Source: Phoronis australis
Lineage: Eukaryota > Animalia > Phoronida
Length of the DNA stretch: 64,000 nucleotides
Assembly: GCA_002633005.1 (NCBI GenBank)
Contig: NMRA01000148.1
Coordinates: 768,072 to 832,071 of the forward strand
Direction: 5' to 3'
Part shown: in pieces, positions 63,385-64,000 of the stretch
Position numbering within the stretch: the stretch's first letter is position 1
How the letters are laid out: every line of letters starts with the position of its first letter
The notes under the pieces: model-generated
The model's input: the letters and a program-made list of their open reading frames with translations, nothing else
Told to the model about the DNA's origin: nothing
Database searches by the model: none
Translations under genes and position numbers: made by a program

Positions 63385-64000
63385 TTCCCAATGTTACAAA
63401 TCTTTTTACAGTTGACGATGATTTTCCGACGATTTCGACTACTGTGGTGCCTCCTAGTGGCAGTTTTGTTTTTTTGCGCCTATGGCTGTATCTCCTAAAC
63501 CGTTCGCAGGATCTTTACGAAATTGTGTAAGTATATTTATATGATGTTAACAACGGAAGATGAAGACGTTTGGACGGATCCGACTACTGGTGTGCCCCCT
63601 AGTGGCAATTTTAGTTTTTTACGCTACCTTTGTATCTAAACGGATTTTCATGAAATTTGGTATGTAGGCACCTATTGGTGAGATGATGCTATCCTCCTGT
63701 TTTCAGATGGATTCGACGTAGTTTGCGCCACCTAGTGGCCATTTTTACTGTTTTCGAGTCTGTATTTTTGCGTCCACCCCTCTATCAACCAAACCGCTTT
63801 AAGTATGATTGTGAAAATTGGCATGTATGTTTTTACTATGAAGAGGACGGTTGACGCTGAATTTCCCGTGACTTTGATTACTGTGGCGCCTCCTAGTGGT
63901 AGTTTTTTTTTTTGCGCCCATGGCTGTATCTCCCAAACCGTTTGTAGGATCTTTACTAAATTTAGCAAGTGTATTTATGTGATGTTGACAACGGACGATG
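63385..64000 (-). repeat. Inverted copy of the CTCF-motif-rich tandem repeat family, in ALKBH2 intron 1; runs off the window
   Basis: Reverse complement of the 51430-52930 blocks, e.g. GCGCCACCTAGTGGCCATTTTTACTGT and GTGCCCCCTAGTGGCAATTT. Confidence 0.85.

Noticed and set aside
63360-63530. Continuation of the 62952-63530 ORF beyond PRKQ
   Set aside because: ALKBH2 similarity ends at the GT at 63360; the remainder reads through intron and into the tandem repeat.

Overview
Eukaryotic, AT-rich, intron-containing genomic DNA from an invertebrate animal. The ferritin IRE and the repeat landscape suggest a lophotrochozoan, but the species cannot be fixed from sequence. Exon models were assembled by hand from GT-AG sites and reading-frame continuity. 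Genes in order: the last 11 coding exons of ANKFY1/rabankyrin-5 (+, 54-21194), whose 7.6-kb intron holds an antisense intronless class A GPCR with unusual motif losses and a decayed Penelope-like retroelement with inverted pLTRs; a convergent FAM216-domain gene (-, 26483-40612) with a very long disordered tail; a complete 4-exon H-type ferritin with a 5'UTR IRE (+, 48299-50446); two tandem double-hotdog thioesterase-like paralogs (-), one with a catalytic-type motif and C-terminal SKL and one lacking that motif; and, head-to-head with them, exon 1 of ALKBH2 (+, 62976-63359). There are many MITEs, SINE heads, a LINE fragment and satellites, plus two oppositely oriented copies of a tandem repeat dense in CTCF-like motifs. 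No prokaryotic or CRISPR system is present. The novelty candidates are inferences that need database and expression checks.
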